DNA of 64,000 nucleotides from Candidatus Paceibacter sp. (GCA_020724865.1 DYGA01000004.1:6351-70350); one strand, 5' to 3'. Counted from the stretch's first letter, positions 1-9,951 are shown. The notes: generated by a model not told the origin, from the sequence alone. Numbers and translations are program-made.

Positions 1-11
1 ATTTCATAAAA

Positions 12-698
12 TTATAAAAAATATTTCTTAATATCGGAAAAATTTAATTTTAAAAACTTTCCCTCTGGCAAATCCCTTAATAAAAAATTGCCGATACGAA
101 CACGAATTAAATCTAATACCTGATAGCCAATCTGATCAAACATTTTACGAATTTGCCTGTTATAGCCCTGGTGAAGAACAACCCGATATGTATTAGTTTC
201 ATCCAATAATAACTTATCAAATTTCATTAATTTATTATCAACTTTTATACCTTTTAATAAAATATATTGATCATGACTGGACAACTCTTTATTTAGCTTG
301 ACTAAATACTCTTTTTCTTTTTTATTACTGGGATGAGTTATGTGTTGAGCAAAATCACCATCATTAGTTAAGATTAACAATCCTTTAGTTTCTTTATCCA
401 AGCGACCAACAGTAAAAACTGGCGGATTAGATGGAACTAAATCTACAACTCTTTTTTCTGATTGTTTTTTTTCTAAAGTGCAAACATAACCAGCTGGTTT
501 ATTTAAAATATAATACACCTTATGTAAAGGTGTTAAAATTTGACCCCGCAAGGTTACTTGATCGTTATGATTAACTTTCGTTGCTAAATCTTTGATAATT
601 TTTCCGTTAATAGCTATATCGCCTCTTTTTATAAATCCTTCTGCTTGACGACGGGAATACTTCGTAGCTGATGCAACATAACGATTTAATCTAATCAT
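12..698 (-). CDS. rRNA pseudouridine synthase (RsuA/RluB family)
   Basis: N-terminal S4 domain (RLNRYVA..SRRQAE), LNKPAGY, catalytic GRLD, GYNRQIRKM. Confidence 0.9.
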   Translation of the reverse strand: MIRLNRYVASATKYSRRQAEGFIKRGDIAINGKIIKDLATKVNHNDQVTLRGQILTPLHKVYYILNKPAGYVCTLEKKQSEKRVVDLVPSNPPVFTVGRLDKETKGLLILTNDGDFAQHITHPSNKKEKEYLVKLNKELSSHDQYILLKGIKVDNKLMKFDKLLLDETNTYRVVLHQGYNRQIRKMFDQIGYQVLDLIRVRIGNFLLRDLPEGKFLKLNFSDIKKYFL

Positions 699-1267
699 TT
701 TTTTACTCTGAATATTTTGTCTACGACAATAATTTTTGGCCCATTTAAAATATTATAAATAAACCTATCAGTCATTTGACTACGAGCTTGAAATTCACTT
801 GGCGAAAGTATAGTATAATTTATTTCTTGATCAAAATTTTTTTCTAAAATTTTAATAATATTTTTTAATTTTTCCAAAGGTATTTTTTCACCAACAACTA
901 ATATATCAGTTAAAGTATCAATCCGACGCACAAATTTACCTGTTAAAACGCAATACTTTATCTGTTTTAAATTCTTTATTTTGTCAATTATTTTATCTTC
1001 AATTAAACCTTGAGATTTGATAATTAAAGCTTCAATCTCGGAATATAATAGAAAATCTTTATTGACTTGATAATATTTTTTTTGTTCTTGATTAAATGTA
1101 ATTAAAAAACCAATACTAACTAAATTTTCTAATTCTCTCCTAACCGAATTTATTCTCTCATCAATCTCTCTGGTTAATTCACGAACAAAAAATTTACTCT
1201 CAGGATTTAGTAAAAATTTTTTTAATAATTTTACTCTGGTTCTTGAACTAAAGAGTTGTTCAAGCAT
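695..1267 (-). CDS. Winged-helix protein with degenerate nucleotidyltransferase-like C-terminal domain
   Basis: LFSSRTRVKLL..VRELTR..INSVRRELENL wHTH; C-terminal TDILVVG strand; ATGA overlap with the downstream gene. Confidence 0.6.
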   Translation of the reverse strand: MLEQLFSSRTRVKLLKKFLLNPESKFFVRELTREIDERINSVRRELENLVSIGFLITFNQEQKKYYQVNKDFLLYSEIEALIIKSQGLIEDKIIDKIKNLKQIKYCVLTGKFVRRIDTLTDILVVGEKIPLEKLKNIIKILEKNFDQEINYTILSPSEFQARSQMTDRFIYNILNGPKIIVVDKIFRVKK

Positions 1268-1384
1268 ATTTAAATAAATAAAAATTATCAGAATAATTTC
1301 AGATATTTTTATCCTATCTTACATTGCCACAAGTGTCAATATTGGTTAAAATATAATACATCTTATGATGTCTATATTAAATAT

Positions 1385-3511
1385 ATGGATTTATCAATAA
1401 ATACAATATTTATTCCCAATAATAAAGCAAATAACAACTGCAGTTTTTTTTATAAGATTCAACCTGAATTACCTGAACTGGGAGTATTGATATTTGGTAT
1501 TGATACCACTTTAAAAACTAATCAATTCGAAAAAATACTTAAACTTTTTTTTAATTTAAGTGATAATTATTTTCTTAAACAAGATATTACTGATCCTTTA
1601 GGTTGTTTTGAAAATGTTTTAAATGAATTTAATACAGATTTTGCTTTAACTTTTAAAGAACAAAATATTTGGTCAAAAAAAATAAATTTGACAATTGCTT
1701 TACTAATTGATAATAAACTTCATTTTGCTAACTACGGTAATAATCATTTATTGCTTCTAAGACAAAAAAATTATATCGATGTTATCAAGCAAGTATCGGC
1801 TAATTTATATATTCCGGGTAAAAAAATTTTTGATCAAATTTATTCTGGCCCAATAACTAACTTCCCGCGCATTGCCTTAGTCAATCAAGCAATTTTTGAC
1901 TACCTTAGTATTGATAATATTAAAAAAATATTTAATCTTTTACCTATAAAAAATATAGGCAATCAAATTGAGCAACTAACTATCAACACTTTTATAAACC
2001 AAAATTTGTCAGGGATAATTCTTATCAATCCTGCCAATCCCACACTAAAATCTGAAGATAAAAATATTATTAATTTATCCGCTGAGGAAACAATTAAAAG
2101 CTTAGAAACAAAAACAGCTGAAACTCAAAAATATCTACATCCTAAATATCTACCAGATATTACCAATATAAAAACAAAGTTAAAAAATATTTGGCTACCA
2201 AACAAAAAAAAATTGGTTTATAATAACAATCAATCATTACCTAAATTTAATAACTATTTTAAAAGATTCAAAGATTTTCCCACTGATTTAATAAACTTTA
2301 ATCGAAAAATAAAACATAAAAAAGATGATTTTTTAAACATATTGAAAAATTCACCAAGTAATTTAATTTTTGCTATTAAACTATTTAAAAATAAAATCAA
2401 ATTACTTTCTGGTTTAAGTAAATTTTTACTTGCAACAGCCTTAATTTTACTGGTAGCTTTGTTAACTAATTTGTCTCTAATGGGTATTAGTAAAAATACT
2501 AATATAAACACAGAATACTTTACAGAAAATGTAAATAAAATAAACAATTTACACAATGAAGCTCAAGCGGCAATTATTTATGGCGATAATCAAAAAGCAA
2601 GAAAAATATTGGGTGAAGCCCTAAATTTAATTTCCAGCTTGCCCAAAAATAACACGGAAAGAGAAAATATTAATAAAGAACTTTTTAATAAAAATTCAGA
2701 ATTAATGGCCGAGGCCAATAAACTTACTGTGTTATCAAATCTTACCAATTTAATTGATATTAAAAATTTTACCTCTGATAAAATAATTTCTGGCGGTTTA
2801 GCAACTTCAGAAAATAATTTATATATTCTTACTAATAATAATTTATTTAAATTAAATTTAATCAATCGTGATATTATTGCCACAAATTTACCAGCAGAAT
2901 CACCACTGTTTTTAATTAGTGATCAAAATAATTTACTTGTTTATTTTAAAAATAATTCAATTTATCTTTACGAAAATAAATCAAATATCTGGCAAGAATT
3001 AAAATTTAACTGGCCAAACGCAAATTTCCCTATAACAGGTGCTATTTATAATGACAATATTTATTTGGTAAATGATAACAACCAAATTATTCGTTATAAC
3101 CGCTCAGGAGATGGATTTATTAATTCACAAACTTGGTTAGGAACAAATCAATTACCAAAAATAAAAAGTTTAGCAATCGATGGATCAATATATACTTGGC
3201 ACGAAAATGGAGACATAAATAAATTTACCCGTGGTCAATTAGACAATTTTTCGGTTGAACCAATTGAACCAATAATTCGGAGTAGCTTTCAAATTATAAC
3301 TGCCAACGATATCCCTGCATTATATTTATTGGATAATAATAATCAACGAATTATAATCTACAATAAAGATGGCAAATTGATAAAACAATATAAATTCGAT
3401 GTGGCCAATCAAATTAAAAGCATGACTGTAACCAGAATAAAAGAAAATAATAAAAGACTGATTTATTTAATTAATGACGATAATATTTATGAACTTCTAG
3501 TTGATGAATAA
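1385..3511 (+). CDS. Membrane-anchored hypothetical protein, probable C-terminal beta-propeller
   Basis: 708-aa ORF, one hydrophobic segment near aa 345-367, NHL-like blades (SLAIDGSIY, LYLLDNNNQRIIIYNKDGKLIKQY). Confidence 0.55.
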   Translation: MDLSINTIFIPNNKANNNCSFFYKIQPELPELGVLIFGIDTTLKTNQFEKILKLFFNLSDNYFLKQDITDPLGCFENVLNEFNTDFALTFKEQNIWSKKINLTIALLIDNKLHFANYGNNHLLLLRQKNYIDVIKQVSANLYIPGKKIFDQIYSGPITNFPRIALVNQAIFDYLSIDNIKKIFNLLPIKNIGNQIEQLTINTFINQNLSGIILINPANPTLKSEDKNIINLSAEETIKSLETKTAETQKYLHPKYLPDITNIKTKLKNIWLPNKKKLVYNNNQSLPKFNNYFKRFKDFPTDLINFNRKIKHKKDDFLNILKNSPSNLIFAIKLFKNKIKLLSGLSKFLLATALILLVALLTNLSLMGISKNTNINTEYFTENVNKINNLHNEAQAAIIYGDNQKARKILGEALNLISSLPKNNTERENINKELFNKNSELMAEANKLTVLSNLTNLIDIKNFTSDKIISGGLATSENNLYILTNNNLFKLNLINRDIIATNLPAESPLFLISDQNNLLVYFKNNSIYLYENKSNIWQELKFNWPNANFPITGAIYNDNIYLVNDNNQIIRYNRSGDGFINSQTWLGTNQLPKIKSLAIDGSIYTWHENGDINKFTRGQLDNFSVEPIEPIIRSSFQIITANDIPALYLLDNNNQRIIIYNKDGKLIKQYKFDVANQIKSMTVTRIKENNKRLIYLINDDNIYELLVDE

Positions 3512-3536
3512 GTGTTTACGCAACAAATAAAAATAA

Positions 3537-3566
3537 AAAATTACCCCGAAAAATCGGGGTAATTTT
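3537..3566. terminator. Bidirectional intrinsic terminator
   Basis: AAAATTACCCCGA-AAAA-TCGGGGTAATTTT between convergent genes. Confidence 0.8.
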
Positions 3567-3585
3567 AAAATAACTGAAAAAGTTA

Positions 3586-3999
3586 CTATTTTAAATTAAC
3601 TTTAGCGCCAGCTTCTTCTAATTTCTTTTTCATTTCTTCTGCTTCTTCTTTTTTAACACCTTCCTTCAAAACTTTAGGTGCACCGTCAACTAAATCTTTT
3701 GCTTCTTTTAATCCTAATTGTGTAACCTCTCTAACTACCTTAATAACACCGATTTTATTGTCACCAGCTGATGCTAATTCAACAACAAAGTCAGTTTTTT
3801 CCTCAGCTGCTTCACCACCTCCGGCTGCTGATACGGCAGCAGTTACGGCAACTGGAGCAGCGGCAGAAACGCCAAATTTATCTTCCAAAATTTTTACTAA
3901 TTCAGACAAATCAAGCACTGACATTTTTTCTATTTCTTCAACAATTTTTTTAAATTTTTCAGGAATTTCAACTTGTTTATCTTTTTTTTCATCTGTCAT
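3586..3999 (-). CDS. rplL: 50S ribosomal protein L7/L12
   Basis: [39 protein letters not shown]. Confidence 0.98.
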   Translation of the reverse strand: MTDEKKDKQVEIPEKFKKIVEEIEKMSVLDLSELVKILEDKFGVSAAAPVAVTAAVSAAGGGEAAEEKTDFVVELASAGDNKIGVIKVVREVTQLGLKEAKDLVDGAPKVLKEGVKKEEAEEMKKKLEEAGAKVNLK

Positions 4000-4010
4000 A
4001 TTTTTACTAC

Positions 4011-4535
4011 TTAATTTTTAGAATTTTTAATTGCGTTTAACGCATAAACTAAACTTCGTAAATTACCCGCCAATACATTAACCAATCCAGATACAGGAGC
4101 ATTGATACTGCCTACTAATTTAGCTAATAATTCTTCTTTACTTGGTAGTGTTGCTAGGTCTTTAACTCGGTTAGAATCAATGAATGAATGCTCTAACATA
4201 CCACCAAATATTTGCATAGCTTCGTTGGTTTTGCCAAATTTTACTAATACTTTTGCTGGTGCTATTTCATCTTGATAACCAAACGCTACGGTAACAGCAC
4301 CAGTAAAATTATCAACTATTGTTTCGTCAAATTTATTTTGCTTTAAAGCAATCTTTAATAAATTTTTCTTTGCCATCTTTAATTCTGCACCATCTTGACG
4401 TAAATTTTTACGAAGATCTTCGGTTTGACTAACTGTTAAATTATTATAAGAAGCAAAAATAACTGATTTAGCTTGAGCTAATTTTTCAGATAAATCTTTT
4501 ACTTCTTTTTCTTTTTGTTGTTTAGTTTTAGCCAT
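4011..4535 (-). CDS. rplJ: 50S ribosomal protein L10 (start moved to ATG at 4535)
   Basis: MAKTKQQK.., [21 protein letters not shown]; the upstream extension in the ORF track lies inside the RNA leader. Confidence 0.95.
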   Translation of the reverse strand: MAKTKQQKEKEVKDLSEKLAQAKSVIFASYNNLTVSQTEDLRKNLRQDGAELKMAKKNLLKIALKQNKFDETIVDNFTGAVTVAFGYQDEIAPAKVLVKFGKTNEAMQIFGGMLEHSFIDSNRVKDLATLPSKEELLAKLVGSINAPVSGLVNVLAGNLRSLVYALNAIKNSKN

Positions 4536-4672
4536 ATAAAATAAAAAACTGCGTTTAAACGCAGACTTTTTTTCGGTAATCGACCTAATCCACAATAAAG
4601 GATCTTACCTCGATAGGCGCAAATTTTGCATTACATAAAGGTTAAACCTTTATAACCTATTGTCTGCGGTGT
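4536..4672 (-). promoter_or_regulatory. L10 leader (autoregulatory RNA) with terminator
   Basis: ACCGCAGACAATAGG...TTAA...CCTATCGAGGT resembles the L10-leader core; CTGCG-TTTAAA-CGCAG-TTTTTT hairpin before the start; TTGACT/TATAAT promoter at 4679-4706. Confidence 0.75.
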
Positions 4673-4716
4673 AAAAATATTATATCATAAGAAAATATCT
4701 AGTCAAGAAATAAAAA

Positions 4717-4740
4717 AACCCCGTTAATTATAACGGGGTT
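4717..4740 (-). terminator. Intrinsic terminator
   Basis: AACCCCGTTA-4nt-TAACGGGGTT with U tract on minus strand. Confidence 0.75.
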
Positions 4741-4750
4741 GATTTTAAGT

Positions 4751-4921
4751 TTAAGAAAAATATGGCTTTTTTTGTGATTCTGATTTCATTACGGGCCGAT
4801 GTTCTTCTTTTTTATCAATTGGAGGAGTGATAAACTGTTTTTCTATATATTGAGCAATAAATTCGTTCTCTTTGTCATCAGTTTTATTTTCTTTATTTTT
4901 TTTACTATTGTCATTATTCAT
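4751..4921 (-). CDS. Small hypothetical protein (56 aa, absent from ORF track)
   Basis: MNNDNSKKNKENKTDDKENEFIAQYIEKQFITPPIDKKEEHRPVMKSESQKKPYFS; ATGA overlap with upstream ORF, GAGGTG upstream, terminator downstream. Confidence 0.55.
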   Translation of the reverse strand: MNNDNSKKNKENKTDDKENEFIAQYIEKQFITPPIDKKEEHRPVMKSESQKKPYFS

Positions 4922-5133
4922 AAAGCACCCACCTCTAAATAAAAAGGCTTTTCGTTTTTTCTCAAAATCAAAAAAGAAGAAAATGGAAAATTCATTTCTG
5001 TAAAATTGTGTTGTTGCAAATATCTATAATATTCTTCTTTTTTTTGTTCGTTTTCTCTTTCTCGCCTATTTTTTTCCTCTTGTTTGATGTCAATTTGAAC
5101 ATCGTGAGACTGATTTGATGCTTGGTTATTCAT
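4918..5133 (-). CDS. Hypothetical protein (71 aa)
   Basis: ORF preceded by strong SD AAGGGAGG. Confidence 0.6.
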   Translation of the reverse strand: MNNQASNQSHDVQIDIKQEEKNRRERENEQKKEEYYRYLQQHNFTEMNFPFSSFLILRKNEKPFYLEVGAL

Positions 5134-5182
5134 AAGAACCTCCCTTAGATTTGTTATTAGATAAATAATTTGTTAAAGAGCT

Positions 5183-5329
5183 AAAAAAACAAAAAAACTG
5201 GCTAAATAGTAGCCAGCTTTTAAAATATTTTAAAACTGCTGACTACAACGCCAGATTAATAATAATAATTACAAATAAAACTATTTGCGCGCCAGAATGC
5301 AATATTTTTTCAGATTTACCTGTAGTCAT
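5183..5329 (-). promoter_or_regulatory. Leader-peptide transcription attenuator (Ile/Val/Leu type)
   Basis: Leader ORF followed by alternative hairpins: GTAGTCAGC..GCTGGCTAC versus terminator CTGGCTA-CTATT-TAGCCAG-T7. Confidence 0.65.
5243..5329 (-). CDS. Putative leader peptide (28 aa)
   Basis: MTTGKSEKILHSGAQIVLFVIIIINLAL with four tandem ATT codons; ATG lies 6 nt after TGnTATCAT. Confidence 0.6.
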   Translation of the reverse strand: MTTGKSEKILHSGAQIVLFVIIIINLAL

Positions 5330-5372
5330 GTAAAAATGATAACAAAATTATAAAATCCTTCAATAGTATAGT

Positions 5373-5381
5373 TGTGGATAA
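5373..5381 (-). promoter_or_regulatory. DnaA box consensus match
   Basis: TTATCCACA exact match, intergenic, single copy. Confidence 0.35.
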
Positions 5382-5386
5382 ATTAA

Positions 5387-5410
5387 AACCAGCCTACGTT
5401 AAGGCTGGTT
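5387..5410 (-). terminator. Intrinsic terminator
   Basis: AACCAGCCT/AGGCTGGTT inverted repeat after the 5427 stop. Confidence 0.7.
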
Positions 5411-5426
5411 AAATTTAATTTAAATT

Positions 5427-6551
5427 TTAGAGGCCACCGTGTAAAGTTATTGTCTCTACACGATTATCACTGCCTTGTATCAAACCGTTTTGACTAAAAC
5501 CAAATTGGAATACATAGTAAAATGTTCCGTTAATACCCCAGGCTTGATCATAGAGATGAACTAATGATTTATTATATTGCGGTTTACCGGGTAAAAACTT
5601 TTCTACCAATACTCTAACCCCTAAAGGAGGGTTTTGTGGTTCTCTGGTACGGAAAGCAGTCAAAGTATAACTATTTTCTTTTCCCGTATTTTTAACAACG
5701 ATACCGCGATAATGAAAGCATAAACTATTCCAAGTAGTTTCAATCATATTGACATATCTGGTGCCTTCGCCGCCAATATATTCTTCACCGGCTTCACTTA
5801 AATTAGATACATAACGAACATCTTCATCGCAACAATTAGCACCCTGCCAATAGAAGTCCATTTCTGGATAAGGAGGATTGAGATTGGGAAAATCAGCACT
5901 CCAAGTATTGTGCAAATTTTTGGTTAATTCATCTTGATTTGACACAAAGGGTGCCACCCTCATAAGCGTATTTAAATTATCATAGGTTTGTTTAATACTG
6001 GTACAAGAACCACTGCATTTTGATACTAGACTAAAAACAAAATAATCATATTCATTACCCTTTGGGGTAGTACCGTGAACAACTTGTGTCAATTGTACAT
6101 AACCAGAGGAATTAACCTCAATATACATAGGATAAGCTTGAGTTTCACCACCAATAACCATAAATGCGCGATAATCACCCCAAGTCACTTTGAATGGTGG
6201 ACAGGTATAAAAGCCATTATTTCCTGGCCAAGTACCCACTTCTTGAATATAGATAGCTGCGCCTTGCTGGTTGGTTAGAACAACAAATACTTTATCACCA
6301 TCTTTATATAATGGTATATCATCTTCACTATTGCCTTTCATCAGTCTTGTAGAACCAGTATAATCTGGAGCATAACCTAAACCAACCCCGGTGATAGTTA
6401 TATCTTTTCCATCAAAGGTAACATCCTGGCCACCACTAAGTGCTGAAACCGGATCTTTATAATCCTCCTGACAACCTTGGAAAAGGTTAAAAGAAAAAAA
6501 GGCAACTAGAATAACTACTAGAAACGGCAAGAACTTTTTGAACTTGTTCAT
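5427..6551 (-). CDS. Hypothetical lipoprotein-like protein
   Basis: Basic N-terminus, hydrophobic core, FQG-C lipobox then QEDYKDPVS; SD AAGGAG. Confidence 0.55.
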   Translation of the reverse strand: MNKFKKFLPFLVVILVAFFSFNLFQGCQEDYKDPVSALSGGQDVTFDGKDITITGVGLGYAPDYTGSTRLMKGNSEDDIPLYKDGDKVFVVLTNQQGAAIYIQEVGTWPGNNGFYTCPPFKVTWGDYRAFMVIGGETQAYPMYIEVNSSGYVQLTQVVHGTTPKGNEYDYFVFSLVSKCSGSCTSIKQTYDNLNTLMRVAPFVSNQDELTKNLHNTWSADFPNLNPPYPEMDFYWQGANCCDEDVRYVSNLSEAGEEYIGGEGTRYVNMIETTWNSLCFHYRGIVVKNTGKENSYTLTAFRTREPQNPPLGVRVLVEKFLPGKPQYNKSLVHLYDQAWGINGTFYYVFQFGFSQNGLIQGSDNRVETITLHGGL

Positions 6552-6598
6552 GATCTGAACTCCTTTATTTGTGAAACATGTTAAATTAATTAGAACTA

Positions 6599-7744
6599 CT
6601 AGAACAAAAAATATTTTACATTAAGACTGATATCAAAAATATCAATCGGTGGATCAACTAAAATCTGATCGATTTTATAAAATTCAATTTCATCTCCCGA
6701 TTCATAAGAGATATTGACATTTAAATCAAATGGGAAAGCACAAAAATTTAATGTCAAAAATCCTCCTATCCATTTAGGTTGATGTTTTCTGGTATATAAT
6801 TCATCGTCATATTTACTTATACTTGTTTGATAACCAAAAGTATAAGAAAATTTAGTAGTTAAATTATCTTGATAACCAATACGAAATTTTGCCCGATTAT
6901 AATAACCAGTCGACGAACGAACACGATATAATTGTACTAAATCGTATTTTTCTTGTTCTCCAGAAATTAATAATTTCCAAATATTAATTAAAGCGCTTAA
7001 ACGGTAATATTTATAATCAATCTCAGAATTTTCGTAATCATAAGAAAGATTAATATCTAGTCCGCCAATTACTTTAAACCAACTAAAATCTAAACCAGAA
7101 TTTATAGTTAAACCAGAAAAAAATGCTCCATAATAATACTGATTTACATCAAAATCTTCTATCCATTTATAATCTAAGATTCCTATTTGCAAATCAGTAC
7201 TTAAAACAAGAAGTGAACTTAACCATTTTCTGTACCAACCAAAACCTGTTCTGACTTCGTTAAGCGGTAGAGTTGTGGCTTTAAACCAACCGTTATGAAA
7301 TTGATCATAAAAAGCATAAATACCGCTACTATCACAGTCAGCTAAACAAGGTTCACAAGGATCACGTGACTGGATCACCACTGGCGGTGGTAAAATTGGT
7401 TCAGGTTCAGCACAATCAATAAAATGCACTAAAACATCTATTAACTCATCTCCTTTGAGTCCGGTGATAGAAAAAATATACGGTTCATCTAGGCGCGAAC
7501 CATTTGGTATATATTTTGATTCATAAAAAGTTGAATCAATATAAATATCAAGTTGATCAGCGCAATCACCAATATATTTTAACCACACATCAATACAATT
7601 ATTTTCCTGATAGACAATATTAACTTTTTCAATTTTTCCTTTTTTAAAGGCAATATTGTCTATAATTTCAATCTCCTGTTGAGCTATTGTCGGATAAACC
7701 AATGACAAAAAAAGGAGCAACCAACAAAATTTAACTACTTTCAT
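6599..7744 (-). CDS. Hypothetical secreted protein, possible C-terminal beta-barrel
   Basis: Sec-type signal, Pro-rich linker, amphipathic aromatic strands ending ISLNVKYFLF; SD GAGG. Confidence 0.5.
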   Translation of the reverse strand: MKVVKFCWLLLFLSLVYPTIAQQEIEIIDNIAFKKGKIEKVNIVYQENNCIDVWLKYIGDCADQLDIYIDSTFYESKYIPNGSRLDEPYIFSITGLKGDELIDVLVHFIDCAEPEPILPPPVVIQSRDPCEPCLADCDSSGIYAFYDQFHNGWFKATTLPLNEVRTGFGWYRKWLSSLLVLSTDLQIGILDYKWIEDFDVNQYYYGAFFSGLTINSGLDFSWFKVIGGLDINLSYDYENSEIDYKYYRLSALINIWKLLISGEQEKYDLVQLYRVRSSTGYYNRAKFRIGYQDNLTTKFSYTFGYQTSISKYDDELYTRKHQPKWIGGFLTLNFCAFPFDLNVNISYESGDEIEFYKIDQILVDPPIDIFDISLNVKYFLF

Positions 7745-7827
7745 TTTTACCTCTTTATATTTAGTTTTAAAAAAAACATTTCCGCTTACCTTAACACAAA
7801 AAATTTTATTTTGTCAAGATCATTAAA

Positions 7828-7850
7828 AAACCTTGTTACCAACAAGGTTT
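7828..7850 (-). terminator. Intrinsic terminator after mltG
   Basis: AAACCTTGTT-ACC-AACAAGGTTT. Confidence 0.65.
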
Positions 7851-7881
7851 AAAAAACAAAATAAACTAAAAATATATAAAA

Positions 7882-8880
7882 TTACCTTAAATACTGCCTA
7901 TTTTTGGTGTGTTCAACAAAAGTTTTAGCATAATAGACCTGACCATCCGGTGCCGTTAAAAAAAATAAAAAATCATTAGCTTGGGGATACAAAGCTGCTT
8001 GCAAAGCTATAAGTCCGGGATTTGCTATCGGCGTTGGCGGTAAACCAGGATATTTATAAGAATTATAAGGATTATCCAAAGCTAATTCCTCTGCGGTTAG
8101 GCTGGGATTTTTGCCACCAATAGCATAATTTAAAGTACTATCTGCTTGTAAAAGCATTCCTAATGATAAACGACGTAAAAAAATATCAGCTACTAAGCGC
8201 ATATCTTTTTCAGTTTTAACTTCTTTTTCCAACAATGAAGCTAATTTCACAATATCGGAAATACTTCTTCCCTGCTCACTAGCTGCCAAACGCATTGACT
8301 CATTAAATTTGTTATCAAAATTCTTCAACATTTTATCAATTATATCAACCACAGATGGGTTGGAAAAAAAATGATAAGTATCAGGAAATAAATAACCTTC
8401 CAAAGTTGTAGTGGAAGATAATTCAGCTAAAAAAGAATATTTATCTTGCCATAAACCGACTTTATTATATTCGTCAAATTCGGCTGTGGAATTTATCACT
8501 TTTTGTTCCAATAAATAATTGGCAATATCTACAGTGGTCCAACCTTCAATAAATTTTAATACCAGTTTATTTGCTGATTGTGGTGAGGTTAATATTTTTA
8601 CTAATTCAAAATTATTGCTGCCAGCGGGTATAGTAAAACTACCAGCAATAAATTGTTTTTCTAAACCTTTGTACCAAACATAAGTTTCAAAAACAAACTT
8701 ATTTTTTATCAAACCCTGTTGATACAAATTTTGGCTAATCTGATGAACGCCATCACCAACTTGAATTACAAAATCTTTATTTTCATATTTTTCCGCCGGC
8801 AAAAAATTATATGCAAAAAAACCTATGCCTATCAAAAAAATACCAAAAATTAAAATTACTAAATAAATAAAATACTTCAT
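7882..8880 (-). CDS. mltG: Endolytic transglycosylase MltG
   Basis: N-terminal TM, LEGYLFPDTY, LASLLEKE, YNSYKYPGLPPTPIANPG. Confidence 0.93.
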   Translation of the reverse strand: MKYFIYLVILIFGIFLIGIGFFAYNFLPAEKYENKDFVIQVGDGVHQISQNLYQQGLIKNKFVFETYVWYKGLEKQFIAGSFTIPAGSNNFELVKILTSPQSANKLVLKFIEGWTTVDIANYLLEQKVINSTAEFDEYNKVGLWQDKYSFLAELSSTTTLEGYLFPDTYHFFSNPSVVDIIDKMLKNFDNKFNESMRLAASEQGRSISDIVKLASLLEKEVKTEKDMRLVADIFLRRLSLGMLLQADSTLNYAIGGKNPSLTAEELALDNPYNSYKYPGLPPTPIANPGLIALQAALYPQANDFLFFLTAPDGQVYYAKTFVEHTKNRQYLR

Positions 8881-8883
8881 AAA

Positions 8884-9948
8884 CTATAAAAATTTTTTCA
8901 TATTTTTTTGCTGTAAAATTTCAACTATTTTTTTTACCTCTTGAGTGCGATTTTTATCAGCTACCAACACGGCATCTGATGTAAAAACAATCAAACTATC
9001 TTTAATACCTATAGTGGCCACCAATCTGCCCGACGGCGCATAAATTATATTGTTGTGACTGTCAATAGATATATAATCACCATTAACTTTATTTTTATTA
9101 TGATTTACAAAAAGCTCACTAACTGATTGCCAACTACCTATATCACTCCAACCAATCGCAGCCGGAATTACTAATAAATCTTTATGGGCTTTTTCTAAAA
9201 TTCCATAGTCAATAGAAATCTTGGGAAAACTTCTAAACAGCTTAAATATTTTTTCTTGATTCGGATATACTTTTTCCATCTGCATAAGAATTTTATAATG
9301 ATCAGGCAGATGTTGTTCAAAAAGCCGCCACATTGTTTGCACAGAAAAAATAAAAATTGCTGGATTCCAAAGATATTTTGGACTTTTATGATATTTTTTA
9401 GCAGTGGTTAAATCTGGCTTTTCAACAAAAGTATCAACTTGATATATCTTATCCCGACCAATTTTTTTTACTAATTTCCCCAATTTTATATATCCATAAC
9501 CAGTTTCTGGATAAGCAGTTTTTACTCCCACAAGAACTACTTTTTCCGGTTGCTGTTTAACAATGCTTTCGGCCTGTTTGATTATTCTTAAATATTCTTT
9601 ACTGTCAGCAATATAATGATCAGAATTGGCTACGACCACAATACTGTCTGGAGAACATTTTTGTTTTATATGCAATAAAGCCAAGCCAATAGCGGGAGCA
9701 GTATTGGCTGCGATAGGTTCCAGTGAATAATTTTTTATAGTGGGTATTTCAATTTGACAGATTTTTTTGTGTTCAAAAGCTGTAGCTAACCAAATATCTT
9801 TATCAGTAAAGGTTCCCTGCAATCTCTCATAAGTATGACGTAATAAAGATTTTTGTTTATATAAATACAAAAATTGCTTGGGATTATGATTACGTGAAAG
9901 TGGCCACAATCTGGTACCGCTACCACCTGCCAATATTAAAGCTTTCAT
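8884..9948 (-). CDS. manC: Mannose-1-phosphate guanylyltransferase
   Basis: ILAGGSGTRLWPLSR..PKQF, NTAPAI, PETGYGYI, FVEKP, SIDYGILEK, WSDIGSW. Confidence 0.9.
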   Translation of the reverse strand: MKALILAGGSGTRLWPLSRNHNPKQFLYLYKQKSLLRHTYERLQGTFTDKDIWLATAFEHKKICQIEIPTIKNYSLEPIAANTAPAIGLALLHIKQKCSPDSIVVVANSDHYIADSKEYLRIIKQAESIVKQQPEKVVLVGVKTAYPETGYGYIKLGKLVKKIGRDKIYQVDTFVEKPDLTTAKKYHKSPKYLWNPAIFIFSVQTMWRLFEQHLPDHYKILMQMEKVYPNQEKIFKLFRSFPKISIDYGILEKAHKDLLVIPAAIGWSDIGSWQSVSELFVNHNKNKVNGDYISIDSHNNIIYAPSGRLVATIGIKDSLIVFTSDAVLVADKNRTQEVKKIVEILQQKNMKKFL

Positions 9949-9951
9949 AAG

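Noticed and set aside
695-1267. MNT antitoxin of an MNT-HEPN toxin-antitoxin pair
   Set aside because: The GS..DxD motif is degenerate and there is no adjacent HEPN gene
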